DNA from: Eledone cirrhosa
Lineage: Eukaryota
Reading direction: 5' to 3'
NCBI GenBank assembly: GCA_964016885.1
Contig: OZ024740.1
Span: 293,136,001 to 293,200,000 of the forward strand
DNA: 64,000 nucleotides
Shown here: positions 1 through 12,825 of the stretch, in pieces
Layout: every line of letters begins with the position of its first letter
How positions within the stretch are numbered: position 1 is the first letter of the stretch
Position numbers and translations under genes: made by a program
The notes under the pieces: generated by a model
The model's database searches: none
The model's input: only the letters and a program-made list of their open reading frames with translations
Told to the model about the DNA's origin: nothing

Positions 1-99
1 GTCGGGGTCTTACTGGTTCCTATTACCCACTGTACTACCTCAAGTATTGAGTACTTTGGTGCGTTATGGTCCACCTGGTTCCTTACCACATTTCCTTCG

Positions 100-100
<1 letters not shown>
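1..100 (+). mobile_element. 3' end of (TA)n-targeted repeat family F2 (probable PLE pseudo-LTR end)
   Basis: Near-identical to 10675-10774, 22496-22595 and 36375-36475; ends directly on (TA)n. Confidence 0.7.
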
Positions 101-155
<55 letters not shown>

Positions 156-233
156 AATACAATATCGGAGAAAGCTTTTTAGCGATACTCCGGCCAAATT
201 CCAACTCACTCAACAAACATTAGTATATATATC

Positions 234-390
234 TAAGGCGGGTAACATTCCCGAGATCCATGGACGAGTTCTCTCCAGCGGTCTCTGTCCCTCATTATCG
301 CTGCCATGTCCTGCGTCTCCAATAGACCAGTGTCTGTCCTTAGGGCATCAACATACGTTAACCTTGGTCTTCCTCTTCTAGTGTGTCCAT
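234..390 (-). pseudogene. RTE-like LINE C-terminal fragment
   Basis: Minus strand reads GHTRRGRPRLTYVDALRTDTG...MRDRDRWRELV, the typical RTE-clade RT C-terminus; flanked by TA runs. Confidence 0.7.
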
Positions 391-709
391 ATATGTATAT
401 ATATATATTTATATATATATATATACATATACATATACTTATATATATACTCTGCTCATCATGAACGTTGAATGAGCAACCATCTTCGCAGCAAACACGT
501 AGGAGTAATGCTTATGAATTAATTGATTATTTGAATTCTTACTATAGGTAGATAATTGCGATTGGATAAATAATTTCTTATTTGTTTAAAAATAATTCTT
601 TATTTTTACTTTTATTATACTATTAGGCCCAAATGGGATTATATTTAATGGTTGTCGTATCGTCATAGGTGACTATTAAATTACAATATTAATCAAAGGA
701 AACATTCGA

Positions 710-1000
710 CTTAAAGAATATTAGATATTAATATAGTAGAATTGAAATAAAAATAGAAGCATTGCCTTAACATTGACTACATAATATAGCCTAATATTGG
801 GCGTATAAACCTACTCGTTTTGCGTACTCCTCCGACAAACGAGAAGTGTGTGTTCGTCTCCCAGGTATGCTGATACCCATATTTTTCTGTTCACTGGGTT
901 TATACATCCCATTAATAAACTATATTATGTAGTCAATGTTACGTCGACGCTTCTATTTCTATTTCAATTTTACTATGTTAATATCTAATATTCTTTAATT
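710..1000. repeat. Imperfect inverted repeat, about 100-bp arms (MITE or fold-back)
   Basis: ttaaagaatattagatattaatatagtag...taacattgactacataatatag is mirrored by ctatattatgtagtcaatgtta...taatatctaatattctttaa. Confidence 0.7.
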
Positions 1001-1496
1001 CTAATATCTATAAAGTTAAATGTTTTCATTAGGTTTTAATTTTTATTCCTAAATAAAAAAAAATATACTTTTTGATGCGGATAACTTAAATTGTAGATTT
1101 CGTAATCAAGTAATTTATACTTATCTATATATATAAAACTGAGGATGTCTGCCTGTGTGTGTGTGTGTGTGTCTGTCTGTGTGTGAGTTTGAATCCCTAA
1201 AAACTCGAGTTTTCCCCTTCAAAATAATCTCCCTTGAGTCTAACGCAATTTTCTATCCTTCTCCACCATGAGCCTTATACCCCCAACTTTGTATACATGC
1301 TAGATACTTGAACGTCTTCCACGGGAGATTTTCTCAACACCATAAAGAAATTTTGGAGGTAAGCAAACATAGAGGTTCAAAGTCGGCGTAAAAGCTTGTC
1401 TAAAGGAACTCCACATTGTTCTTGATTTCTGAGAGTTGAATACTCAGAACTCAACAAAACTGTTGGCCTCTGATATTCACACAAAGGGAATACTAT

Positions 1497-1683
<187 letters not shown>

Positions 1684-1725
1684 CGTGGGAAAGTAAAAAA
1701 TCGGAGAATAGACCGTTAAAACATG

Positions 1726-1787
1726 TTTATTTAAAATATCACCTACGTACGTTTCGCCCAGTTGGGCTTCTCAAGGGCATAAATAAT
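1726..1787 (-). ncRNA. Hammerhead ribozyme candidate, U3-A8 core variant
   Basis: Minus: cc TTGAGAA gccca-ac-tgggc GAAA cgtacg TA gg; palindromic stem III; distal stem I ttattta/taaataa. Confidence 0.55.
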
Positions 1788-1861
1788 CACAAGTGTTCCT
1801 TATATTACTCGGAAGGAGTTTTGGGGGTTAAATATATATATATATATATATATAAATATTT

Positions 1862-1930
<69 letters not shown>

Positions 1931-2229
1931 CTTCTTGCTCACATTTCTCTATTTTTATTTATATTTATACTCGGAATTTTTCCTAGAGTGCTTAAAAAAA
2001 TGCGACAATATTGCTTTATGCTGAACTCCATACCTTTTGTTGAGTTTTTTTCGGAATGTTTTGACTTCTGTTTCTTGTAAACAGTCATTCGTTTCATTCT
2101 GACGTCACTAGCCCTGTTCTCCATGTGTGTTTATTAGTTTATTATCTTAATTCCACACGAGGTGTACCTACCCTGCTTTTAAATTCCCTTTCTGGCATAT
2201 TTTAGCAGTGGATTGGTTATCGTGTTTGA

Positions 2230-2310
2230 GCTCTACTGCTGAACGACTCCAACCGTGTCTAACCCCACTGAAAAGTTTCGTGAAATAGTCTTTTTAAGAC
2301 TATATAGAGC
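2230..2310 (+). ncRNA. Type I hammerhead ribozyme, CUGCUGA core
   Basis: gctcta CTGCTGA acga...tcgt GAAA tagtct-tttta-agacta TA tagagc; all three stems pair. Confidence 0.7.
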
Positions 2311-2614
2311 ATTTGTAGTTTTTTCCAAATTGAAAGATAAGTATTAACCCTTGATTTTATTCTGAGTTTAGACTTTATTGGTTTTTTCCCTGGATTTCAC
2401 AAAATCTGTGGATAAAATTTCTGTCTTGACTTTTTTGAATTGAGATTGAATTATTTTCCCATATCTTACGTTAAATATTTTCCATCTTGACGTTATAGTC
2501 ACTTATATTATGAATTACTGTTGGCTTCTTGCTCACATTAATTTCTCTATTTTCATTTATATATATGTATGTATACACGCAGGCACACACAAGCACACAC
2601 ATCTATCTGTCTGA

Positions 2615-2669
<55 letters not shown>

Positions 2670-2672
<3 letters not shown>

Positions 2673-2842
2673 AAATTAGTCCCTCATCAGTGATTTGCCA
2701 ACGATCATTGGTATTTCATCGCATTAAAAATCTGATTTTTAATGCGATGAAATACCAATGATCGCTGGCAAATCACTGATGAGGGACTAATTTTATAATA
2801 TGTAATCCATGTGCAACCATGCAGTATTCTTCTCCCCATATT

Positions 2843-2847
<5 letters not shown>
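2670..2847 (+). mobile_element. Fold-back insertion in (TA)n, family F4
   Basis: About 63-bp arms centred near 2733; diverged copy on the minus strand at 28692-28803. Confidence 0.7.
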
Positions 2848-2931
<84 letters not shown>

Positions 2932-3564
2932 CAGATATTATTACCATATATTTGTTTTGTAAGGGTTTTGCAAGGTTTTTGATATGAAATCGTGTGTTAA
3001 AACAAATATTGTTATACTTCGGGTCATATTGTTATAATATTGCCAGAAATAATAATAAAACACACTCACTGTTTGATTTGGGTTGATTTTTGCTTCTGTA
3101 ACTTTTATATATCCATAGTTAAGTTTTCTGTCAACGGTTAAAATACAGATATAAATATATATAGCCTATCAAAGTTCTTTCAACACACATCTGTGACATT
3201 ATCAGTTCTACTATTATGTTTCCTCCCATTGTATTGTAATGCCTACGCTATTTTTATTTTATTTATTTATTTATTTATTTATTTATTCTTGTCTCAGTCT
3301 CTGTTTGCTCATGCGTTTGCGTCTGTGTTTCCTGTTTGGTGTGTGTGTTTGTGTTTGAGTGTATGTGTTTTTGTATTCTATCTTTGTTCACTAGTGTGTG
3401 TTTATGTGTTTGTTGTTATTGTACTTGTGTAAACATTGATTGCCAGATAAATTAACTATAGAGATATAAAAGATACAGAAGTGAAAACTAACCCAAACCA
3501 AACATTGAGTGTGTTCTATTATTATTCCTGGCAATATTATAACAATATGACCCTCCCCAAATAT

Positions 3565-3661
<97 letters not shown>

Positions 3662-4081
3662 ATTAGAATTTTATTTCTCAACAGATGGCAGATGTATACA
3701 GTCCTAATGAAGGGTAATGACGCAGAGACATGCTGATTGTTCCTCAAAGCCAGTGTTGAACAAGCAGGTGTTGATCGATCACCGGCACAGCATAGTTTCA
3801 AATTGGGTCGTTTGTTTACAAACGAATAGAATTTTATTATAAAAGTACTATATAATCCATACGTACATATGTATATGTATATGTATATGTGTGTGTGTAT
3901 CTGTGTATGTGTGTGTGTGTGTGTGTGTACGTGTGTATACATAATATATATATATATATATATATACACATGTATGCGAGAAACATAAACATTTCCCATA
4001 GTGTATGTATAATGATAAAGTAGAATTTGCCAGAAGTATTAAAGTACTGTTTATCACTTGAATCGTAAAATATTATTTATC

Positions 4082-4635
4082 CGCCGAGGTTGACTTTGCC
4101 TTTCATCCTTACGGGGTCGATAAAATAATGTACTTTGAAATTGCTGGCCTTGTGCCTAAAGTAGAAACAATTATTTATATATATATAAAAATTGTTTCTA
4201 CTTTTTGGCACAAGGCCAGCAATTACCCAGTGCATTACTGGTACTTTATATATATATAATAATTGTTTCTATTTTAGGCACAAGGCCAGCAATTTCAGTA
4301 CATTACTGGTACTTTATTTTATCGACCCCGTAAGGATGAGAGGCAAAGTTAACTTCGGCGGGATTTGAACTCAGATAATAAAGGGACGTAACTCTATGCT
4401 TCAAAGCATGGTGTCCGACTCTCTACCGATACTGTCAATCCACATTGAGGATTAGCAGTATCAGTAGAGGGTCGAACACTATGCTTTGAAGCATAGAGTT
4501 ACGCCCCTTGCCATTCAGAGTTCAAATAGCGCCAAGGTTAACTTTGCCTTTCATCCTTACGGGGTCGATAAAATAAAGTACCAGTAATGTACTGGGTAAT
4601 TGCTGGCCTTGTGCCAAAAGTAGAAACAATTATTT
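4082..4635. mobile_element. Cluster of four tRNA-derived SINE copies (tail-to-tail and head-to-head)
   Basis: A box tggcagtatcgg, B box gagttcaaatcc, central gcctttcatccttacggggtcgataaa (Meta-domain-like), tail gtagaaacaattatt. Confidence 0.85.
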
Positions 4636-5116
4636 ATAATTGAAATCTTGGCTTTCGCTCATAAAATGACTTACCAAGATATACAGTTCGTAGTGGGATT
4701 GTGTAGTTTAATATATATTGAAAATCTATAAATGAAAAGGCAGTGAAAGTTTGTTTATAAATTGGTTATAATTAATCGTGATAAAAAAATGAATGATGGA
4801 GTGGATAATACCACAGTAATACTACATATTGATGTATCGATTTTTGATCCCGTGATAGGAAACATACAGAAGTCGAAGACGTGTAATATATATATAACTG
4901 CCTGTATTTGGGCATATAATTCTCACTGCTTATCTATATCTGACACTATATGAATTAAATATGTGAATACATGAATATTATGAATATATGAATATAATTA
5001 TTGTATTAGACAGCTCTGGTGGGAATATTGAATCATTAAAGTATATGTGAATTGTATAACGATATTCCTTTAAATGATTTTTGTATACATATTTATAAGT
5101 CATGTAGTAGGTACAC

Positions 5117-5174
<58 letters not shown>

Positions 5175-5175
5175 T

Positions 5176-5218
<43 letters not shown>

Positions 5219-5258
5219 CGTTTCTGAATTTGTTTAGCAATATTCTTTATCTAAAATC

Positions 5259-5548
5259 GCGCAGACTGAGCACACAACACACACACAGAAACAAAATGGC
5301 GTAGGACAGAACAAAGGAGAGGCACAAAAACAAAGAAAGGAATCCCCAGTCACTGAAGAGGTCACAGAGTGTGTGACGAAAGAACTATGACAATATATAA
5401 ACAACTATCTGGTTGTGGAACCAACCAACCAGCCAGAAATTTATAAATTTATAAATTTATTATAAATTTATTATAATAAATTGAAGTGAAAGCAACTGGT
5501 GCGTGTGTTTCTTATTGGCAACATGACCCTCCCAAAGTATAACAATAT
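5259..5548 (+). mobile_element. PLE pseudo-LTR family F1 with minimal HHR (5349-5391)
   Basis: gtca CTGAAGA g gtcaca-gagtg-tgtgac GAAA gaac TA tgac; same sequence follows the GIY-YIG ORF at 14070-14368. Confidence 0.85.
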
Positions 5549-5560
5549 ATATATATATAT

Positions 5561-6510
5561 ATGTCGAAATTATCGGGAGCAAGGGCCTACAACAATGGAA
5601 TGTCCCACTACGGACTTTGCAATATGGAGCTATTCCATATTTTAAAGTATGATAAGATGCTGCTTAATAGCAAAATAGAAAGATCAATTTTCTGTAGGCA
5701 CAAAGCAGCTACCAGGTTCACAAATTTCAAACCAACGTGATTCGACCCAGCAATCTCAAAATTCGAGCTGAACCACCCGGATTTTAATGTACTGAATACA
5801 TACCACCTCACTGTTATTAGCTGTCAACTGACCGACTGGTTACTAGATCAACATCATAAATCTCTTAACCTTTCTTTCACTTTCTCTCCCTAAAGCCACA
5901 TCAACCCCATTAAGATAAGACAATCAGCATGCTAAACATTTACCACACACACATACATATATCAAAATCCTCCTTCCCCCGTCCTTAGCCCTACCCATTG
6001 TCTCATCCTCGTAACTCTCACTTAATTTTTATTTTTATCTTTATCTGTCTTTTATTCTCTACTTCTAACCCTCTGAGATTTGACCACCACGTATGTATGT
6101 ATCTAATGTTGCTTTTCATGTTAGTAATATCTCTACCCTCACATCTTTATACATACAATTACTCACTACCACCACAATTATCAACAATCGTATTCTGTAC
6201 TTATATTTTTTTACTTATTTCTTTACTTATTTTTTTACATTTGTAACTTCTTTACCTCTTTATCATTATATTTTATTATTGATATTATTGTTTTGATTCT
6301 ACGTTGTATCTATATATACCATTGCTATATGTGAAATCTCTAGTATTCTGATTATTTGATCAGAGGTAAAAACTGTATTTAAGGTTGAGTGATGCAACTT
6401 CGAGTGATTGGCGGTCTTTAGACTCACCTGATCAATGAAACAATTGTTAATACTTGAAATAAAACCCCTTGTTGTACAGCCGACCATGTTATTCTTCAAT
6501 CTTTCACTAT
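5561..6510 (+). mobile_element. 5'-truncated PLE: GIY-YIG C-terminus, 3'UTR and HHR-like motif (6342-6454)
   Basis: ARAYNNGMSHYGLCNMELFHIL...LLNSKIERSIFCRHK aligns with the endonuclease C-terminus of the 63073 ORF; agtatt CTGATTA t ttgatcag...ctgatcaa t GAAA caattg TT aatact. Confidence 0.75.
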
Positions 6511-6532
6511 ATGTATATATATATATATATAT

Positions 6533-6762
6533 ATTGTTATACTTAGGGAGGGTCATGTTGCCAATAAGAAACACATGCACCAGTTGCATTCACTTCAATT
6601 TATTATAATAAATTTATAATAAATTTATAAATTTATAAATTTCTGGTTGGTTGGTTGGTTCCACAACCAGATAGTTGTTTATATATTGTCATAGTTCTTT
6701 CGACACACACTCTGTGACCTCTTCAGTGACTGGGGATTCCTCTCTTTGTTTCTGTGCCTCTC

Positions 6763-6765
<3 letters not shown>
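6533..6765 (-). mobile_element. F1 pseudo-LTR copy with HHR (6688-6730)
   Basis: Reverse complement of 5315-5548. Confidence 0.85.
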
Positions 6766-6813
<48 letters not shown>

Positions 6814-6940
6814 TATATATATATGTGTGTGTGTGAGTGTGTGTGTCTGTGTGTGTGTGTCTCTGTGTGTGTGTGAGTGTGTATCTATCTATCTACCTAT
6901 CTATATAAATATATATATATTCATACACACACACACACAC

Positions 6941-6977
<37 letters not shown>

Positions 6978-7071
6978 TGTAGGAGGTGAGTTTTATTGTA
7001 GTACAATAAAGCAATGCAGATATCGGATAAGAAGCACTCTACAGTTTGTAGGACTGGAGTATACATAATAT

Positions 7072-7249
7072 ATAAGATCAAAAGATGGTTAAATGAGTTC
7101 CAGGTATTTTATTATGCGCATTTCAAAAACAAATATCATCATGCAATAACATTTGTGTTTTCATCAGATAAAATAGGAAGACATGATATGAAGGTTAAAA
7201 AAATGCGCATAATAAAATACATGGAACTCATTTAACCATCTTTTGATCT

Positions 7250-7252
<3 letters not shown>
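7072..7252 (-). ncRNA. Family F6 repeat with type I HHR (7105-7175) and inverted 3' end
   Basis: Minus: attttat CTGATGA aaacacaaatgttatt...gatgatatttgttttt GAAA tgcgca TA ataaaat; 7201-7252 is an inverted copy of the end. Confidence 0.8.
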
Positions 7253-7285
<33 letters not shown>

Positions 7286-7289
<4 letters not shown>

Positions 7290-7560
7290 GATGGCTGTCC
7301 CCTCGTTATCGAGTATGCCCATTGCACGATATAACATTATTAATAATTATTAATCAATTCTATCGTACAAAGCCTGTGCATGAAGATTTTTTTAAAGTGA
7401 GGAAAGACTGTGCACTGAGCCAATCCCTCTCTCTGAGCGACAGTAGCTATAACCCGAAAAGAAGAAAAGATCAACATCGTCGGTAACTACTGAGCCGCAG
7501 GTTTTATCCCAGTTTCCTGAGTTATCCCAGTTTCCTGAGTTGCCTTCTCGTAGAAGAATG
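7286..7560 (-). mobile_element. Non-autonomous RTE-5'UTR-like element, partial
   Basis: Reverse complement match to 52135-52375. Confidence 0.6.
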
Positions 7561-7720
7561 CCCTGAAGAATTCACTCCCATATAGATACATATAGATACA
7601 CCACACCAACACACACACATATATATATTCATATATATATATATATATCATCAGGAATTCCCTGATGATTTCTTACGAATGAAACAAGTTTAAATCCCGT
7701 AGAAGTCATTTCTAAATTAA

Positions 7721-8094
7721 ATAATTGTTTCTACGTTAGGCACAAGGCCAGCAATAACCCAGTGCATTACTGGTACTTTATTTTATCGACCCCGTAAGGA
7801 TGAAAGGCAAAGTTAACCTTGGCGGGATTTGAACTCAGAATGGCAAGGGCCGTAACTCTAAACGTCAAAGCATGGCGTCCGACCCTCTACCAATACTGCC
7901 AATCCACCGCCCTCTATATTAAATAATTGTTTCTATTTTAGGCACAAGGCCAGCAATTACCCAGTACATTACTGGTACTTTATTTTATCGACCCCGTAAG
8001 GATGAAAGGCAAAGTTAGCGGGATTTGAACTCAGATCATAAAGGTACGTAACTCTATGCTTCAAAGCATGGTGTCCGACTCTCTACCGATACTG
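7721..8094 (-). mobile_element. Two tandem tRNA-SINE copies
   Basis: Same family as 4259-4635. Confidence 0.85.
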
Positions 8095-8394
8095 ATGTTT
8101 ATACTCTACTAACGTAATGAGTACCTTTTGAACTAGGGGTCTACATACACACACGCACACACATACACACGCACACATGCATATATGTATATGCAGGATG
8201 TGTGAAAAGAAACGCCCTAATTGCACACACATATTTATATATATATATATCATAAATCATGTCCTTAGAATTATTAGATAAAATATATACCATTTCCTCT
8301 CCCACTTAGCATAATTAACCATATAAAAAATCAATTAGACCAGGCTATAAGAATAAAGGCTCCTATGAAGAAATATTTGATATATATATATAAT

Positions 8395-9540
8395 ACTAGC
8401 ATTAAAGCCCGGCGTTGCTAAGGGTCATTAAGTTACCAAAGTTAGGTTGCACCACCCATTTTATGGCAGCACTTTTTTGTCTGCCAGGCACTGGGTGAAT
8501 GAATTGCAGACCTAGAAGCAGGAGCTGCGCCAGCAGTGACTATTGTAGTTTCGCCTATGGATATTATCTCTGTGCAAAAAAGTGTTGAAATTTATTGTTT
8601 CACAGTACTTGCGCAGCACGCGCGTAGACGATGCCAGCCGAACAACAGAGCTGCGATGGAGTTGTTCTGCATGGTTGTCTGTGTGTTTTCTAAATTGAAG
8701 ACAGTAGGGAGGGTTGTGATATGAGGGAGAGTTAGCTGTTGTTTCTAGCAGGTTTAGTGACCTCATATAGGATATGTGTTTTCTAAATTTAAGACAGTAG
8801 GGAGTGATGTGATATGGGGGAGAGTTAGCTGCTGTTTCTAGCAGGTTTAGTAACCTCATAGAGGATATGTGTTTTCTAAATTTAAGACAGTAGGGAGTGG
8901 TGTGATATGGGGGAGAGTTAGCTGCTGTTTCTAGCAGGTTTAGTGACCTCATAGAAGATATGTTTTCTAAATTTAAGACATTAGGGAGGGGTGTGGTATG
9001 GGGGAGAGTTAGCTGCTGTTTCTAGCAGGTTTAGTGACCTCATAGAGGATATTATTGTTTATCATTATCTATAAAAGGCAGATTGTTGGTGTTGAAGTGA
9101 GTGTGTATGCGTTTGGAAAAGAGGTTTTAAGAAAGATTTATCGCTTGTTGTTGAATAAATGTATCTGTATAAAAGAGAAAGTAGCAAAATGTGTGGGTTG
9201 TAGTTAGAGGAAAGTAGAGGAGAGCAGATGATATGAGAGAGTAAAACGGACAGTATCACCATTAAGCTTGGAAAGAGAAAGTAGCAGAAAGTATGAAGTT
9301 GTATAGATTTTTGAATGGTAGTGGAAAGAGTTTAGCAGTTTAAATGACAGAGAAAAACCGTAAAATATTGAGTTTTATCTATCTTTTACCTAATTGTGGG
9401 TGAAATTGAAAAAATGATCTGTGCCAAGACGCAATCGAAGCTATTTCGAATACTGAATTGTAAATTTCAATTGAAGAAATTCTATATCGTAGATTTCTAT
9501 AAGAAAGGAGCATGACCACACACTGAGCTTTATAGATTAT
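8395..9540 (-). mobile_element. Non-autonomous Helitron-like element with four ~93-bp internal tandem repeats (8683-9051)
   Basis: Minus-strand 3' end gcaacgccgggctttaatgCTAGt; putative 5' TCtataaagctcagtgtgt near 9535. Confidence 0.55.
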
Positions 9541-9542
9541 GA

Positions 9543-9670
9543 TAAGATCAAAAGATGGTTAAAAGAGTTCCAAGTATTTTATTATGCGCATTTCAAAAAC
9601 AAATATCATCATGGGATGATATTTGCGTTCTCATCAGATAAAATAGGGAAACATGATATGAAGCTTAAAA
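9543..9670 (-). ncRNA. F6 copy with type I HHR (9575-9645)
   Basis: Stem II caaatatcatc-ccat-gatgatatttg pairs perfectly; differences from the 7105 copy preserve pairing. Confidence 0.8.
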
Positions 9671-9921
9671 AACATTTGTGAGCAGTGAAGTTTTAAATCA
9701 ACATATGAAAAATAAAGTAAGATGGATATATGAGATTGCGAAAAAAAGGAGGGGGGTAGGAGATGGTGAGGAAGAGGAAGAAAGAAAATAAAGGGTGAAG
9801 TGGGAGGAGCATAGAAAGGAAAGATGAGAGAGGTGGAGAAATGAGTGATAGAGAGAGAGAAATAGCCATTACAACTGAGAAAACATTGTTTCACAGAAAG
9901 AAATAAAAAAACCTTTGGAAG

Positions 9922-10050
<129 letters not shown>

Positions 10051-10582
10051 CGTGTGTGTGTAAATAGACCGTTTCTTTTCACACACCCTGTACATATATA
10101 ATCTAACATTTATGCATGATGTTATGTACGTAATCATTTTTTATATTGTAAAAATGGTGAATTGTTGAAGAATCGGAAGGTGCCTCGGACAAAATGCCTT
10201 TCAGTGTTTAATTATGAACACGTACATTATGAGTTCAAATCCTACCAGCGTCACAGCAGCCTCTCATCATTCACGAGCTTATAAAACAAGCGCGGTTCAA
10301 GAACTGCTATCAACTATAACCTGCGTGCTTTTTTGCAATAAGAAAAATCATAATATTTTATGTTATTGTTTTCTTCCGGTAATAGAAATTCAGTAATGTG
10401 TTAAGAAGTGATGTATTCGTTGGATTCAATCGTGTATATCACTGGTACAAGGTTTATTCGTTCCCGACTTGAAAGAAAGTGAACAGTTTGACATTTGGCC
10501 ACACGCATAAACGTTTTTCTCATTTCTCCGCCCTTTTATGAATCGTATATTATTCATGAATATATATATATATATATATATA

Positions 10583-10773
10583 TAGGAACGAGTAGGACCC
10601 CGACGGCTGAGCTCAAGCCGTTTCGACGGCTAATTCAGTCCAGAATTAGCCGTCGAAACGGCTTGAGCTCAGCCGTCGGGGTCCTACTCGTTCCTATTAC
10701 CCACTCTACTACCCTAAGTATTGAGTACCTTGGTGCGTTATGGTCCATCTGGTTCCTTACCACATTTCCTTCG

Positions 10774-10774
<1 letters not shown>
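10583..10774 (+). mobile_element. F2 fold-back insertion in (TA)n with the 3' half of an HHR
   Basis: Arms 10583-10636 and 10643-10696; GAAA cggc-ttgagctca-gccg TC. Confidence 0.75.
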
Positions 10775-10817
<43 letters not shown>

Positions 10818-10821
<4 letters not shown>

Positions 10822-11186
10822 GTTTCTACTTTTGGCACAAGGCCAGCAATTATCCCAGTGCATTACTGGTGCTTTATTTCATCGACCCTGAAATGATGAA
10901 AGGCAAAGTTTCAGCAGAATTTGAACTCAGATCGTAAAGGGCCGTAACACTAAGCTGCAAAACATGGCGTCCGACACTCTGCCAATACTGCCAATATATA
11001 TATATAATTGTTTCTACTTTGGCACAAGGCCAGCAATTATCCAAGTGCATTACTGGTAATTTATTTTATCGACCACTTAAGTATGAAAGGCAAAGTTAAC
11101 CCCTTCAGGATTTGAACTCAGAACGTAAAGGGCCGTAACTCGGTATTGCAAAGCATGGCGTCCGACCCTCTACCGATACTGTCAAT
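10818..11186 (-). mobile_element. Two tandem tRNA-SINE copies
   Basis: Family match. Confidence 0.85.
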
Positions 11187-11217
11187 TCAAATGATAGATA
11201 AATAGATAGCTAGATGG

Positions 11218-11293
<76 letters not shown>

Positions 11294-11314
11294 TGAGAGA
11301 GAGAGAGAGAGAGT

Positions 11315-11346
<32 letters not shown>

Positions 11347-11481
11347 GAGACAGAGAGAGAGACAGAGAGAAAACTGTAGACACACACATAAGTATATATA
11401 TATATCTTTATCTATCTATATACACACACAGACTCATATATATATATATATATATATATGCCCACATATATATACGTATAT

Positions 11482-11516
<35 letters not shown>

Positions 11517-11518
<2 letters not shown>

Positions 11519-11816
11519 GCAGAAGTTATATTTAATTTGTTGGGATTCAACAAGCTTAAAAGTTTTATAACTGATATAAAGCAGTCAACAGCTACTGGAG
11601 TAAATATTCAATATATTAATAAATGGAAACTATATTTATAAAACCATAATTATTTTATTATATATATTTTAAGTGCAACAAAGGCAATTTTGGTCCGCTT
11701 TCATCAGATTTTGTATTTTATCTGATGAAAGCGCACCAAAATTGCCTTGGTTGCCCTTGAAATATATATAATAAAATAATTATGGTTTTATAAATATAGT
11801 TTCCATTTATTAATAT

Positions 11817-11820
<4 letters not shown>
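11517..11820 (+). mobile_element. F5 PLE pseudo-LTR fold-back with HHR (11715-11777)
   Basis: attttat CTGATGA aagcgcaccaa...ttggttgccctt GAAA tatata TA ataaaat; inverted copy at 11610-11709. Confidence 0.85.
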
Positions 11821-11866
<46 letters not shown>

Positions 11867-11874
<8 letters not shown>

Positions 11875-12200
11875 AAGAAACGGAGAATCAGTGTTGCGAC
11901 GAATAAAATTTATTAGACATATTACAATCGTTTCTCTGGCGACCAGCTCGAGGCACGATCAATGTAATGATAGAGCCTGACTCTGAAATCGCAAGGTCCT
12001 CAGATACATCTCGATTCTACGAAGCAGAATTTCCAAGTTTCCAAGTTGCCAGAGAAACGATTGCAATATGTCTAATACATTTTATTCGCGCAACACTGAT
12101 TCTCCGTTTCTTACGTGATATCATACTCTGCTCTGTAAGAGCATCAAGTGCTCAAACGGCCTACCGCTGACGGACGCTTTAAGCATGCCACACCAATACA
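11867..12200 (-). mobile_element. Fold-back element with type I HHR (11915-12011, minus)
   Basis: agatgtat CTGAGGA ccttgcgatt...ggtcgccaga GAAA cgattg TA atatgtct; arms 11867-11941 and 12047-12122. Confidence 0.7.
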
Positions 12201-12260
12201 CATACGCTCGATGTACATGTGTGTATGTTGTGTGTGTGTGTGTGTGTGTGTGTATGTTGT

Positions 12261-12333
<73 letters not shown>

Positions 12334-12663
12334 AACAGGAAGAGTGAAAAATAAGAGACACATTTAGACAGCAGCATTATACTGCATGTATTACTAGGAT
12401 GGACACAAAATATTCCGTTAGGGGCATTTCGTTTAAATGGATCATGTATTTGACTGTTCGTCAAGTCCCTTGATTATTGTAAACAGATACCAGATCTTCA
12501 GATTTTCTGACAATTATTCTACAGATTTTATCTTTCCAACGTTACAGGATTCAATGCTAGCCATTGCATGTATTAGCCTCTATAGCTTGTGGTTGTATTC
12601 CTGATTGTTATCATCCTATTTCGTATATTTACATATATATGAGCAAATGTGTGTATGTTCATA

Positions 12664-12725
<62 letters not shown>

Positions 12726-12825
12726 AAATAACAGATTAAAGTTTATAGCAAAGAATCGCTGCTTTCACCCTTAACAGGTGAAAGCAGCGATTTCAGTCTT
12801 CGCATTTATTATTATTTATATATAT

